Assembly: GCF_004010195.1 (NCBI RefSeq)
Contig: NC_057720.1
Coordinates: 90,413,801-90,470,883, forward strand
From: Chiloscyllium plagiosum
Taxonomy: Eukaryota
Reading direction: 5' to 3'
DNA length: 57,083 nucleotides
Positions 13,380 through 25,500 of the stretch are shown here, piece after piece. Numbering within the stretch: the stretch's first letter is position 1; the number at the start of each line of letters is the position of its first letter. The translations under genes and the position numbers were made by a program. The notes beneath the pieces were generated by a model, which was not told the DNA's origin, did no database searches, and was given only the letters and a program-made list of their open reading frames with translations.

Positions 13380-13810
13380 GAGATGATCGCAAATACACAT
13401 GTAATGATACATATACAGGCTGTCACCTAAAGACACATATTTATGTGCACTCTCAAATGTGCATATAGCTAAGATGTTGCACATGCATACTCACACAGAG
13501 CCACACGTGCAAGTGGTCCGTGAACACTCACCTAAGCTCATACAAAAACTCACATACACCGAAAGAAAATCATTTGCACAAATGAACAGGGGTACTCACA
13601 CATAACCATGAGGAACACAGACACACGTTAACACACAAAAAGGAACAGGAATATGTTTATTCATGCACAGACTCCAACATGGGCAAGAGTGAAGTAAGAG
13701 ACTCTTATAACCACATACACAAACATTAAAGGGAAACCAAACACACCAAGCAGTAGATCAAATAAATTAAGGGACACACGTACAAAAACTTATTCCTAAA
13801 TATACAGATC
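13380..13810 (+). repeat. Degenerate CA/purine-rich low-complexity tract between the secretory and TM exons
   Basis: Many acac/acat/cacac units with strong A+C skew. Confidence 0.55.
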
Positions 13811-14289
13811 CTACAAACTAAAATATGAAGCAATGTCCTGACTGTGATGTCACTTATATTCATGATTTGCCAAGCAATTGGTCACCAATACAAAAGATGA
13901 GAATCACATTTGAACTTTTATTCAGTGATGGCCACAATTTTCAACTAAAGTGCTGTCACAGCCTATATTTAAAATATAATGATATAATTAAAATCATCAT
14001 TCGTAATAAGCATTCCTCAAATAATAATATCCTTAAATAATAGATGAAAAGAAAAATAATTTAAAACGTTCTGACATGGACAATGAAGAAAGAACATATG
14101 CAGTCACTATTTGTAATTTCTTGCTGAGAGTCAATAATGCACTAATAGATACAGATAAGAGTCACACTTGAGAAATACCTGACTGCTCTATGAAGATGTA
14201 ATGGTCTCTAATTACATGACTTGGATGCAGATAGATCGACCTGGATCAACAAACAATCTAAATGCGTTCTCTCAGCTTTATATTCATAG

Positions 14290-14410
14290 ATTCAGTAGAT
14301 CGTACTTGGATTGAAGACTTTGAGGATGATAATAGCAACATCTGGACAACTGCTTCATCACCTTGTTCTTCCTGAGTATTTTCTTCAGCACTGCCGTCAC
14401 TCTGGTGAAG
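14290..14410 (+). CDS. IGHM: IgM TM1 exon, frameshifted
   Basis: Acceptor ttcatAG at 14288-14289. DSVDRTWIEDFEDDNSNIWTTA is followed, in a shifted frame, by FITLFFLSIFFSTAVTLVK. Donor GTGAG at 14411. The 121-nt length does not fit a phase 1 to phase 0 exon. Confidence 0.9.
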
Positions 14411-14549
14411 GTGAGAATGATCACATCTTTCACATGCCAAGCAGCCCAATATGTTTTGTGAAATCTCTAAGTGTGCCATTGAATAAAATACAAATCTAAA
14501 AGTCCCTGATTATAAACAAATGCGTCATTGCTTTATCTCTCTTTTCCAG

Positions 14550-14558
14550 GTTAAGTGA
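14550..14558 (+). CDS. IGHM: IgM TM2 exon (VK*)
   Basis: Polypyrimidine tract, cttttccAG, then GTT AAG TGA, completing the conserved KVK cytoplasmic tail. Confidence 0.88.
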   Translation, partial: VK

Positions 14559-14973
14559 ATGAATTGTGGACCCCTTTGATTTTTCTGCTCTGCTGATCGA
14601 GGTCTCTGAATTCCCAATCTACAATCTGTCCTGTTGCTGACTCTAACAGTGAGATCACTTCAGTTTATCAGCATGTAACTGAGACAATTATTGATGGATT
14701 TTCCTTTTTACTTTGATATCGTTGAGATGGTTGTGGTTGGAAGAATTTGTTGCTTCCCAGTTGCTTGAAGACAATTTATTTTGTTTTTATTTGTTCCTTA
14801 TTCAGAATGGTTGTGTACCCTTTCTGATGAGCCTTTGTATTCCCTTTCTTGTGACAGAAAACTCCCAGCTCACAGCGCATGTATTCTCGGCTCAATGTTG
14901 CATTCAGCCATTATATTCTTTTCTGTTAACTTTTACATCAACCTTTTGGATAAAAATGCTTTCTGAAATGGTT

Positions 14974-14979
14974 AATAAA
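14974..14979 (+). terminator. Likely poly(A) signal for membrane mu mRNA
   Basis: AATAAA about 420 nt after the TM2 stop, followed by T-rich sequence. Confidence 0.55.
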
Positions 14980-16124
14980 TCTCGAATGAATATGCACTAA
15001 CCTTGAGTTTGCTTAATTCTTTCTTCAAGCCCAGTCAGTAATAATACATTTTCCTCCATCCAACTCCTTTCCCAGCCAAATATTTTCACTTGTTCTGTTT
15101 GGTTGTGTTTCATCCAGACATTTAGTTTAATGCTGCACTACCATGCAGCCCACTAATGTAAATGCATCTTTCACACAAGATGCCAGATGGAACACTCCAG
15201 AGGCAGGATGATTCGAGAACATTTCCGCTTATGCACAAAGGGTCACATAATGATAATTTTATAGGCTCCACCAGAAACCTATAAAAGGCAGGCAACGGAT
15301 TTTGAAAGTTTACTCTACACTGTCTATACTAAAAGTACTCCCAATGTCGGGACAGCCTGGGTTAGTAATGCAGAAATCGCCACCTAAAGCGCCCAACGAA
15401 ACATTCATCAGCCAAAAATGTCAACGTTCAGTCAGGTATTCAGACACAAGTGCACAATTCAAGGGCGCATTCTCAGAACTGGAGTTTTTCTCACACATAA
15501 ATGTCATGGAGCACAATTCCTGGGATCAATGTGACACACTACACCTGTCAAATTCCAGGAAATGAGACTGAGATATTTGTGATACAGGGATATTACTGAA
15601 CAGCAACCCTCAAAAATAATAAATCGGAGGTCGATGTTGATCAGGCAAGGCAGAGCTCATAAGTAAATATTCAGCCATTGGGATCTATATGATGCAAGAC
15701 GGAATTAAGAACCAATCATAGCAACTGTTAACAGAGTTTGGAAACTATCAGCAGAGGAGAACAGTCCCAATTTCTCAGAGTCGGTGAAGTTCATCATCCT
15801 GGGAATAGTGTTGTGAATCAGTCACATTTTTTCAAAAATGTGGCACCTGAAATTGGATGAAATATTCCAAGTGAGGCAAGCGACTGTTTTATTTCAGTTT
15901 AACATCATTGCTTTGCATTTATTCTCTACAGCGTGCTTGAAGTAGAGTTTATTTGCTCTTCTGTCCACGTGTCATGGTACATTCCTTGATTTGTGCACAT
16001 ATACACGGAGGATCCTCTGCTCCTGCACCCCTTTGGGTTTGCTCCCTTACTGTTTTATGTTCCTCTGAATTCATCACAAACCAAAGAAGCACGTCACACC
16101 TCCCTGAGACTGAGATCTATCTGA

Positions 16125-16705
16125 CACACCATGCATTCACAACTCTCTGCGTAAACAACCTACCTCTAACCTCTCCTCTATACCTTTCTCCTAATATCTT
16201 AAAACTATGACCCCCTCGGCTCAGTCAATCCTGCCCTGGGGAAAATTCTCTAGCTATTGACTTTATCTATCCCTCTCATTATTTTGTATACCTCAATCAG
16301 GTCTCCTCTTTTCCTCCTTCTCTCCAGAGAGAAAAGTCTGAACTTATTCAACCTTTCTTCATAAGGCAAACCTCCAGTCCAGGCAGCATCCTGGTAAACC
16401 TTCTTTGCACCCTCTCCAAAGCCTCTATATATTTCTTTTAGCAGGGCGACCAGAACTGGACACAATATTCCAACTGTGGTCTCACCAGGGGCATGTAAGC
16501 TGTAGCAAAACCTCGCGGCCCTCAAACTTGATTCCCCTGTAAATGAAAGCCTAAACATCATATGCTTTCTTAACAAACCTATCCATTTGGGTGGCAACTT
16601 TGAGGGATCTATGTACTTGCACACCCTGATCCCTCTGTTCCTCCATGCTGCCAAGAATCCTGTCTTTAACCCTATATTCAGCATTCGAGTTTGACCTTCC
16701 AAACT
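16125..16705 (-). mobile_element. CR1 LINE 3' end
   Basis: GLPYEERLNKFRLFSLERRRKRGDLIEVYKIMRGIDKV and EEQRDQGVQVHRSLKVATQ. Confidence 0.9.
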
Positions 16706-19507
16706 GGAAAAGAATGCACCGAATGCCAAACAGGAGAAGGTTGTTGGCATGTATCAGTAGAGTTTGGACCAATGACCAGAAACATGAAACCGGCTTTTAG
16801 GCAAGCTTTCAAAGTGAGCATGAGTACCAGAGGGCAGCTAAGGAAGTTTGTCAGTAAAGTACAGCTAATTAAGGGGACTTGACCATACTCATGGACAAAA
16901 AGATATAAAGCAATCAGAGAACCAAAGAACAGAGTGCGTGTATAAAAGGTACAAGAGGCAGCGTGGATCAAGGACTTGAAGAATTTACAGACAGTCATAA
17001 GTTTAAATTCAATACATTAGATGATAATGAGCCAGTTAAGATCTCAGTCCTTTCTCTATAAGCACCAGTTTAAATTTATCAGTCTTGTCCAGGCCAGCGT
17101 TAAATGAGATTGTTATTTGCACTGTGCACATCTCCTGATTTCACAAGATATCTTAGTTTTGTAAATGCAATAGAATGTATTTTCCACCGTTTCATCAATT
17201 CATTAAATAGAAGTTAACAGAAATGAACAACTTTCCGAAGCTGCCTTTCAACAGCCAGACTGATACAATATTCAAAGAGGATCTGCATGAACAAAGTGGG
17301 CTTGTCAGCGGGTTGCATCATTTCACATTCGAAACCTAGATTCCATTTTAATCATATCAGATGGATGTTGGATTCTCCATTAGCAAAAGGTTCCCATATT
17401 CAAACGGTTGTTTGCCAATACAGAAATTGGGTATTGCTGCAAAATAGGACACGCTTTTTTTTTTGTCTTGCATACATCAGGATAGCTGCAAGGATTTTAA
17501 TATAAATGGAAACAACATTTTACACTGAACAAGAAAAGAGTTCTGATGCTTTGCAAAGTGCACAATGATTGATCAAGATGTCCCCAGTGGAAATGGTCTG
17601 GTCAAATGGTGATGGACAGTTAACAGCTAAAATTTGTTAAATTTTCAAATGGCAGGTTGCCTGAGTGGTCAAGGTATTGCCCTGCCAAATGAATCAGAGA
17701 ATGGCCATCACCAATTTAGTCGAATCACAACAAGCATTGGCAGTTAACTGCCAATCATCACCGGGTCCATTCTCCGTGACTTTACCAATCAGCACTCATT
17801 ACCCAGACAGATTAAATGCCTTCTCCCTTTCCATTGGTATTCTTGAGAGTGTCCTGAGAAGTACAATACTAAAGACTTAAATAAAAAAATCTTTATTTTC
17901 TTCAATACTCAAATTTCCATGTTGTACCAGCTGGCAGAGGTGAAACTTAACTATAATGTATCTGGGCTGCAATAAACTGATAGAGTTCTGTACTGGCCTC
18001 AGAGGAAAACCAGCAACAATGTACTTCTGGAGAGAGAATAATGGGATTACTTTGCCTTTGATCCTATACAGTAAGAGTTTCAAAGTCATTGAGGAACAGA
18101 AATAAATAGAAACAAACCACGTGCACATACACACAGCACACTATTATTTAAAGTAATAGAGACAAATTCTGCATGAGCAGAAAAACTAATTGATATTCTG
18201 AATAGTGAATGTGGCACCAAAAGCACCCTTGTGATAATGACAGCTTGAAAATCTAGACAACATTGATTTGTAGCAATTGAAGAGTTGGTCATTCTATTAT
18301 GAGCCCCGCTCAGTTCCTACACCAGTATGTGACCATAGATTCAGATTGTTTTTAAAGGCAGATAACAATATGAAGTTGCACAGTGGCAGGAGCACGGCTC
18401 TCCTATAGACAGCACTAAAGAGATCTCACACACATTGGCACTTTAATAAAGAAATGGGACAAACCTCAGAGGTAGGGAAATGTAAATAAATGAACCACTA
18501 ACAAGATTTCATCCAATTCGATAGTAACTGCTACCTGATCACCAAATTCAGCTGCCACTTTAAAGGATGCAAGAAACCCCATAAGGAGATACTCCAAATT
18601 TCACTTGATTCTGTGTCACATTATCGCAAGAGAGCTTTGTAGTTGCCTCCTAGCAGACATTATTTGTTTCCACAAACCACATAGGTTTGACAGAGAAGCA
18701 TTGGTTCTGATCAGAGATCAGAACCGAATAGTGCAGAACCACATCATAAAATAGATTGGAACAGACTCAACTGTTTGCTGTTACTTGACACAATGAGAAT
18801 TCTTGAAATATTTCAATACACTCCTTTGGTGAAACATAGAATTTGTTTTAAACTTTTAAAACTGGTTCAATTCATTTTATATTTGCATTGAATGGTATTT
18901 TAGTTTGATCCAGATGTTAGTACAAAGTGAAATATTACAGCACTGAGCTTTGTCTCATTCTCCTTTGGTGGAAGTTAGAAAGGAGTGTTTTCTTACAGCA
19001 GAGAGTGAAGAGAGTGAAGTATAATCTCCTCACGTTAATTCAGAATGATAAGGGTCCCTTTAACGGGCAGAGTGGCTTTGGTTTAATGCCTCGTATACGT
19101 CTGATCTGTAGGATTATCTCAGGACTACACTGCTGTGGCAGTATCAATTAGTCTATTCTAAACCTGAGGGTAGATCTTGAACCCTGAACGTTCCGACTTA
19201 AACATCAGCACACTACTCAGTGACACCCTGACAAGTGGCTTATTATTTACATCCCCAGGGATAAATGAAGCAATTAGGACCAATTGCATCGATTCTTTCT
19301 GAGATGTCAAACAGGCCTCTTATGGTCAAATGATAGTCTCCCTACCCTAGATCAGTAGCTTAAGTTCCTAGGTTAGACTGAGTAAGCTTAACTTCCTGTC
19401 CCACCTACTCCAGAGGTATGTCATACATCGATGGACATTTTAATTTAAAAAAAGGAAAACTTCTTCAATCAATCGGCTGTTGTCATTTGGAACGTGCAAC
19501 ATGTGTA

Positions 19508-20690
19508 ATTAGGAATCAGCACTTTGGGTCACCTTTGCTGATTCCCTGTGTGTTCTACGGGAGTCAGTAATTTCTATCAGTGTCCACCGTTACAGTTACA
19601 AAACGTCCTCTAATATCTCTCTCAATATGTCATTCTTCCCTTTTGAATATGGGCAGTGAGCACTCAGTCCTATCTCTTTTTTTGCAACAAATGGCCAACT
19701 TGCTTCCAGCCTGGTAATCACAAGAGGTTAACTTGCACTGTCAAAGTGTGGCAATACAGAGAACAACCCTCCCCATACATGACCCAGGCGAAGATCACAA
19801 GATGCAGCACAAGCCAGTGTTTATGCCCAGAATTAGATAACCAGGAAGGATGATCTCTACAGCTGGAGAGTCCCGAACCAGGGCTCACGGAATAAGGAGA
19901 CTGTCTCGGGCATTTTGGACTAAAATGAGGAAACTTTTCTTCACCCTGACAGTGGTGACACTTTAGAATTCAGTGTCATAGAAATTGATTAAGTCCAAAA
20001 CATAATAGTTTTTTTTNNNNNNNNNNNNNNNNNNNNNNNNNNNNNNNNNNNNNNNNNNNNNNNNNNNNNNNNNNNNNNNNNNNNNNNNNNNNNNNNNNNN
20101 NNNNNNNNNNNNNNNNNNNNNNNNNNNNNNNNNNNNNNNNNNNNNNNNNNNNNNNNNNNNNNNNNNNNNNNNNNNNATTAGGAATCAGCACTTTGGGTCA
20201 CCTTTGCTGATTCCCTGTGTGTTCTACGGGAGTCAGTAATTTCTATCAGTGTCCACCGTTACAGTTACAAAACGTCCTCTAATATCTCTCTCAATATGTC
20301 ATTCTTCCCTTTTGAATATGGGCAGTGAGCACTCAGTCCTATCTCTTTTTTTTTAGCAACAAATGGCTACCTTGCTTCCAGCTTGCTATCAGCAAGAGGT
20401 TAACTTGCACTGTCAAAGTGTGGCAATACTGAGAACAACCCTCCACATATTGACCCAGGCTAAGATCACAAGTTGCAGCACAAAGTCAGTGTTTATGTCC
20501 AGAATTAGATAACCATGAAAGATGTTCACCACGGCTAGGCAGTCCAGAACCAGGGCTCACGGTCTAAGGATACTGGCTCGGGCATTTTGGACTGAGATGA
20601 GGAAACCTTTCTTCACCCTGACAGTAGTGACTCTTTGGAATTCACTGTCATAGAAATTGATTGAGTCCAAAACGTAATATTTTGTTTTCG
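19508..20690. repeat. Direct duplication of an ~500-bp unit on both sides of an N-gap
   Basis: 19508-20016 matches 20177-~20690. About the first 175 nt are identical and the remainder is clearly diverged. Confidence 0.9.
20017..20176. other. Assembly gap (160 N)
   Basis: Run of n. Confidence 1.
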
Positions 20691-21765
20691 GGCTAAAGGG
20701 GTCAAAGCTTAGAGGAAGAATGATGGAACAGGGTACTGAATTGGATAATCAGCCATCGTCATTTTGAACAGCAGGGCATGCTTAAGGGGCTGAATGGCTT
20801 ACTGCTCCACCTATTTCTGTGACCATTCTGTGGCTTGAAGAGATGTGTTTTGTTTAAAAGCTATTTTGATAGGAAAACAAAAGAGAATGTGTTACTGGTT
20901 ACAACACAGAGTGACGAAACAATTTCAGATGATTGTGAATTGGTCTCCTCAAATTAAATTGAACAATGAGGTAGTTCTGGAAAACTGGGATAAACTACCG
21001 AGTTACCTTCCAGATGAAAATTGAAATGACCTAAAGAGTTAGTATAATCACATGGGGAGATATGTGGGAATAACCTGAGAATTAATAATCTCACTACACA
21101 TAATATTGATTGAGGAAATGCTGTTCCAATCAAACAACATCTTACAGATTTAACCTTTGAAGGTTGGCACAGGTCCAGAAAGAGACTGAACACATGCTGA
21201 AAGACAATATAATCAAAATCAGTCGTAGTGAATAGAGCTCACCTACATAAGTGGTACCAAAGCCAGAAGTATCTAATGATTATGTGTGGACCTACGCAAA
21301 ATCCATGCAGTTACTAAATCTGATACATGTACTAAATCAAGTTTGGAAGACCATATTGAGAAGATGGGACTAGCAATTTATATTTCTCAGTATGACTTAC
21401 TCAAAGGATACTGGCAGCTACTTCTATTCAAAAAGGTGAAGAATGCGCCAGCTACATTTCAAAGACTACCAGTTTACAGTCATGTCATGTGGTATGAAGA
21501 ATGCGCCAGCTACATTTCAAAGACTAACCAATGAAGTCATTTCTTCGTTACCCAATTACGTGGTACACATTGATGACCTGGTTTTTAGTCAAACATGGAA
21601 GGAAGATTTGCAGAAATCCTCAAAATTATTCATTCGACTTTGAGACGCAGGCTTGGTGATAAACCTGGCTGACAGCGAACTCGAGAAGACACAAGTCACT
21701 CTCCTGGACCATGTTATTGAACATGGACAGGTGTCCTCATTGACCAAAAAAGAGCATTACGACTA

Positions 21766-21943
21766 CAAAACAATCTTGATTATCCAAATTAGACGGGTGG
21801 GGATAACTAATTGTTCGGATAACTGATTGTTCAGATAACGCATTGCTCAGATAACTGATCAGATGGCAAACAAAGGACCTTGAGATCTTGTCGGATAATC
21901 TGAAATTTGGATAATTGACGTTCGGATAACAGAGGTTGTTCTG
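21766..21943. mobile_element. Tigger/pogo-like MITE inserted in the Gypsy RT
   Basis: Imperfect TIRs (ta)caaaacaatcttgattatccaaa and ttcggataacagaggttgttctg(ca), with internal ttcggataa repeats. Confidence 0.7.
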
Positions 21944-22268
21944 CATTTGGTAGTACTATGAGTGGGTTTTATCATAAAGTTGTATGGAGTCTTAGCAGTG
22001 TGGCTGCTTCACTCACTGAATTGCTGTAGAAATGCAGGAAGTTTCAATGGGTGGAAAACTGTCAGAAGGCATTTGTCAGCCTGAAAGTTGTGTTAACTAC
22101 TGCCCCAATATTAGCGACAACTAATATCCCAAAGCTATTCAAGGTAGTTATCGATGTAAGTGATAAAAGTGTTGGTGCTGTGCTCTTACAGAAAGCAACG
22201 AGAAGATAAAAAAGACTTATCAATTATTTCTCAGGAAGCTAAACATTCATCAACAGGAATATTTGACA

Positions 22269-22671
22269 GGTCAGGCAACATCCAAGGAGCAGGAGAGTCG
22301 ACGCTTCTCTTGTGATCTTAGCATGGGTCATGTATGGGGAGGATTGTTCTCAGTATTGCCACACTTTGACAGTGCAAGTTAACCTCTTGTTGATAGCACG
22401 CTGGAAGCAAGGTAGCCATTTGCTGCCAAAAAAGAGATAGGACTGAGTGCTCACTGCCCACATTCAAAGGGGAAGAATGACCCATTTACGAGAGATGTTA
22501 GAGGATTTCTTGTAGCTGTAACAGTGTGGGCACTGATAGAAATTACTGACTATTGCTTATGCCCAAAACGTCGATTCGCCTGCCCCTTGGATGCTGCCTG
22601 ACCTGCTGTGCTTTTCCAGCAACACATTTTTCAGCTCTGATCTCCAGCCTCTGCAGTCCTCACTTTCTCCT
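22269..22671. mobile_element. PLE-derived foldback mini-element with 14-bp TSD and captured DNA
   Basis: TSD aggaatatttgaca at 22255-22268 and 22672-22685. Inverted PLE terminal arms enclose 22309-22551. Confidence 0.85.
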
Positions 22672-23671
22672 AGGAATATTTGACAATTGAGAAAGAGACC
22701 TTGAGTTTGGTATTGGCGTTACAACATTTGCCAGTAATGTATCTGAGACAACCATACATATTGATCATAATCCTTTTGAAGTTTTTTGGAGAAATTCAAG
22801 GACAAACATTGTAGACTGGTTTTCGGGGCATTTCTCCCTGAGAAAGTCTCTATATTATTTTACAGGACATTCTGACTCTCCAGCAATTTCTCTCATATTG
22901 TTAAATTCCACATTAAAAATACAATTTAGCCACATGACAAATCAAACTTACTTTCTCGTCACTGCTTTTTTTTCTGTAGAATTGAGACTATCATTTTTTT
23001 GAATGCTCGGTCTGTTAAAGTGCAATTGATCAATAACCACAAAATGAAAAGCAAACTAAAATGGTGTCTGGGTCTATAATTTATTGCCAGACATTAAAAA
23101 ACAGAAGTCTCACAATGCTGCATTTCAAGCCATGATCAGCTAATTTAATGAAACAAGGTCATACTCCAATCAGCATGATCGTGATGAATGGCAGAGCAGG
23201 CTCGAATGATTGCATGGCCTCCTCCTGCCCTATTTTCTACGTTTCTAAACAGGCTTAAATCCCCAAGAAAACTGACGATTCAGAATTATAAGCCTTCATC
23301 AGATGATTTAGGTAAACAGGTTACACATTAGATTTTTTAGTCAGCATATAAAGTTAGTCCATTTGATCTCCCAGTATTGTTGCTTGAGGCTGTGATTACA
23401 GTTCATTTGAAGCTTTCCCACCAGTAAAATGAATCTGGTTGCTGTATTTATCCAGACAATTTGAACAAAAGTATTTTAAATGTTGTGATTCTCATGTCTC
23501 TGATCCCATATCTGTATTTGAACATGATACGATTGTTGTGGATATTACCACTGCAGCTTCGATGTTCCTTTTCTCTGTATCCTCGGGTGTTTCCAATTCA
23601 GTGGTTATCAGTTACCAACACTCACTGAGGATCAGCCTTTCTAATTGAAAGCGAAATAGCTGGATATGCTC

Positions 23672-24240
23672 TATCCACCACAAATTCACCTGCACCTCCA
23701 CACATCATCTATTGCATCGGCTACACCCGATGTGGCCTCCTCTATATTGGGGAGACAGGCCACCGACTTGCGAAACGTTTCAGAGAACACCTCTGGGACA
23801 CCCGGACCAACCAACCCAACCACCCAATGGCTCAACACGAACTCAGCACCGCCTTCCTAACCTGCAATCTTCCTCCTGTCCTCTCCACCCCCACCCCACT
23901 CCGGCCTATCACCCTCACTTTGACCTCCTTCCAACAATCGCATTTCCAACGCCCCTCCTCCAAGTCCCTCCTCCCTACCTTTTATCTTAGCCTGCTGGAC
24001 ACACTTTCCTCGTTCCTGAAGAAGGGATTATGCCCGAAACGTCGATTCTCCTGTTCCTTGGATGCTGCCTGACCTGCTGCGCTTTTCCAGCAATACATTT
24101 TCAGCTATGCTCAATGGGTCACAGGACTCGAAAACATTAACTCTGTTTTCCCACCACAGATGCTGCCAGACCTGCTGAGATTCTCCAGCAGTTTCATTCT
24201 TGTTTCAGATTTCCAGCATTTGCAATTTTGTTTTATTTTA
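23672..24240 (+). mobile_element. PLE 3' fragment (GIY-YIG endonuclease remnant plus terminal repeat), followed by a second PLE-type terminus
   Basis: FTCTSTHHLLHR../CGLLYIGETGTDL remnant and cctgaagaagggattatgcccgaaacgtcgattctcctg. Confidence 0.88.
24012..24047 (+). ncRNA. Minimal type I hammerhead ribozyme motif in PLE terminal repeat
   Basis: CTGAAGA (24016-24022), stem II GGG/CCC, GAAA (24036-24039), then CGTC with self-complementary ACGT in place of stem III. Stem I is only about 2 bp. Confidence 0.6.
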
Positions 24241-24809
24241 GCCTTTCTAAAATTCTGTCAAACTTCATCTCATCCAAGTCGCAACTACATATTTTTTCAC
24301 CATGAACTGGACATCAACTTCCTCCTCATAATACCTCAGCCAGGCCCCTGCCCCTATGAGGTTTAAACAGGGAATTTATGATAATTGGCCCCAGTCATTC
24401 TTTTGCTACCCTTTCACTGTTTGTGACAAATGATGCCTTTTGGATTCCCTTTTAACGTTAGCTGCCAGTCTTCCTTACTCATTATTTCCCCTCTGAACTA
24501 TCTATATTTAGCATGGTTCTCACTGGGGTTAACAATAATACATATTCTTTGCCACCATTTCCTGCTTGTTGAAATATTAAGCTGTACTCAACAGCTGAAG
24601 CTGAACCTTGTCCAGATTTGTGCACAATTGTCCTTGCTCAAATGCCCTCTTGCCCCATTGAACTCAGCCCTCCTCCAACTCAGAATTATTCTGGATTGTT
24701 CCTTGTTCATTTTATACACAATCTTTCGATACAATGACCAATGCTTCCTTAAATGATCCCAATTTAATATTTAATGCATTTTATACATATTGTGTGTATG
24801 CACACAAAT

Positions 24810-25500
24810 TATGAAGTTGGCAGTACAGATTAAAGATATCATTAGGATTCTGAACATTATAAATAGGACCGTCGCATGCAAAATAAGGAAATTATGACAA
24901 ATAGTTAGAAACAGTTCTGCTTTTCCCTCATGCCTAGTATTTATGCAGAAGCTTCAGGAAGGGATTTGAGAAGGTGAACAAAAGGTACACAAAAATGGTA
25001 TCAGAGATGAGCAACTGGACAAATATGTGGATAGTTTGAAGAAGCTCGGCTGCTCTTTATGGAGGACAGAAGATGAAGAAGACATTTTACACGTGTTCAA
25101 AATCATGAGGGATTTGGACAGAGGAGAGTAAAAGGGTAGGGAGAATGCATCTGTATTGGTGACTCTTTGGAGGGTTGGTGTGGACTTGTTGGGCCAAGTG
25201 GCCTGTTTCCATACTGTACGGATTCTATTTAAAAAAGCCTTGAGAAGAAAAGGACACTGATTAAAGAGATCAGCAAAATAAAACAACTGTTACAAGGATT
25301 ATATTTTTTTTAAAAAAAGCATAGTTTGGAAACTGGAGTGTTCTGCCTTATAGTGTTGTGGAGGAAGCAACTTCAACTGAGGTCTTCAAAAGGAATCTAC
25401 AATTTTCATAAGGAGATGTTTTGCAGTATTACATAGTATAAGGATTTGGGAGTGAACATAGGCAAGTTCCTCTTTGAGAGCTGATCAAATCATTGCCTCC
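24810..25500 (+). mobile_element. Decayed CR1 3' region with inserted HE1 SINE tail
   Basis: CR1 remnants (ttcaaaatcatgagggatttggacaga). SINE tail ggtgtggacttgttgggccaagtggcctgtttcc at ~25140-25225. Confidence 0.6.

Larger units (their letters stand above)
5090..14979 (+). pseudogene. IGHM: Shark IgM heavy-chain constant region (Cmu1-Cmu4, secretory tail, TM1, TM2), probable pseudogene; V-D-J not in window
   Basis: Four phase-1 Ig C1-set exons, tail [22 protein letters not shown] exon and VK* exon in canonical order. Lesions: TAG at 5137-5139, AA instead of AG at 11815-11816, frameshift in TM1. Confidence 0.93.
20830..22820 (+). mobile_element. Decayed Gmr1-like Gypsy pol fragment (end of INT, RT, RNase H) with nested insertions
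   Basis: PIKQH-like segment, VDLRKIHAVTKSD, DLLKGYWQL, GMKNAPATFQRLTNEV..VHIDD and HQQEYLTIEKETLSLVLALQH. Confidence 0.85.

Noticed and set aside
17560-17880. Another hammerhead-bearing PLE terminus (gtcctgagaagtacaatactaaag)
   Set aside because: The core boxes are too degenerate to support a call.
18881-18888. Octamer ATTTGCAT as a 3' IgH enhancer
   Set aside because: A single 8-mer is expected by chance in 57 kb of AT-rich DNA, and other copies occur inside TEs.
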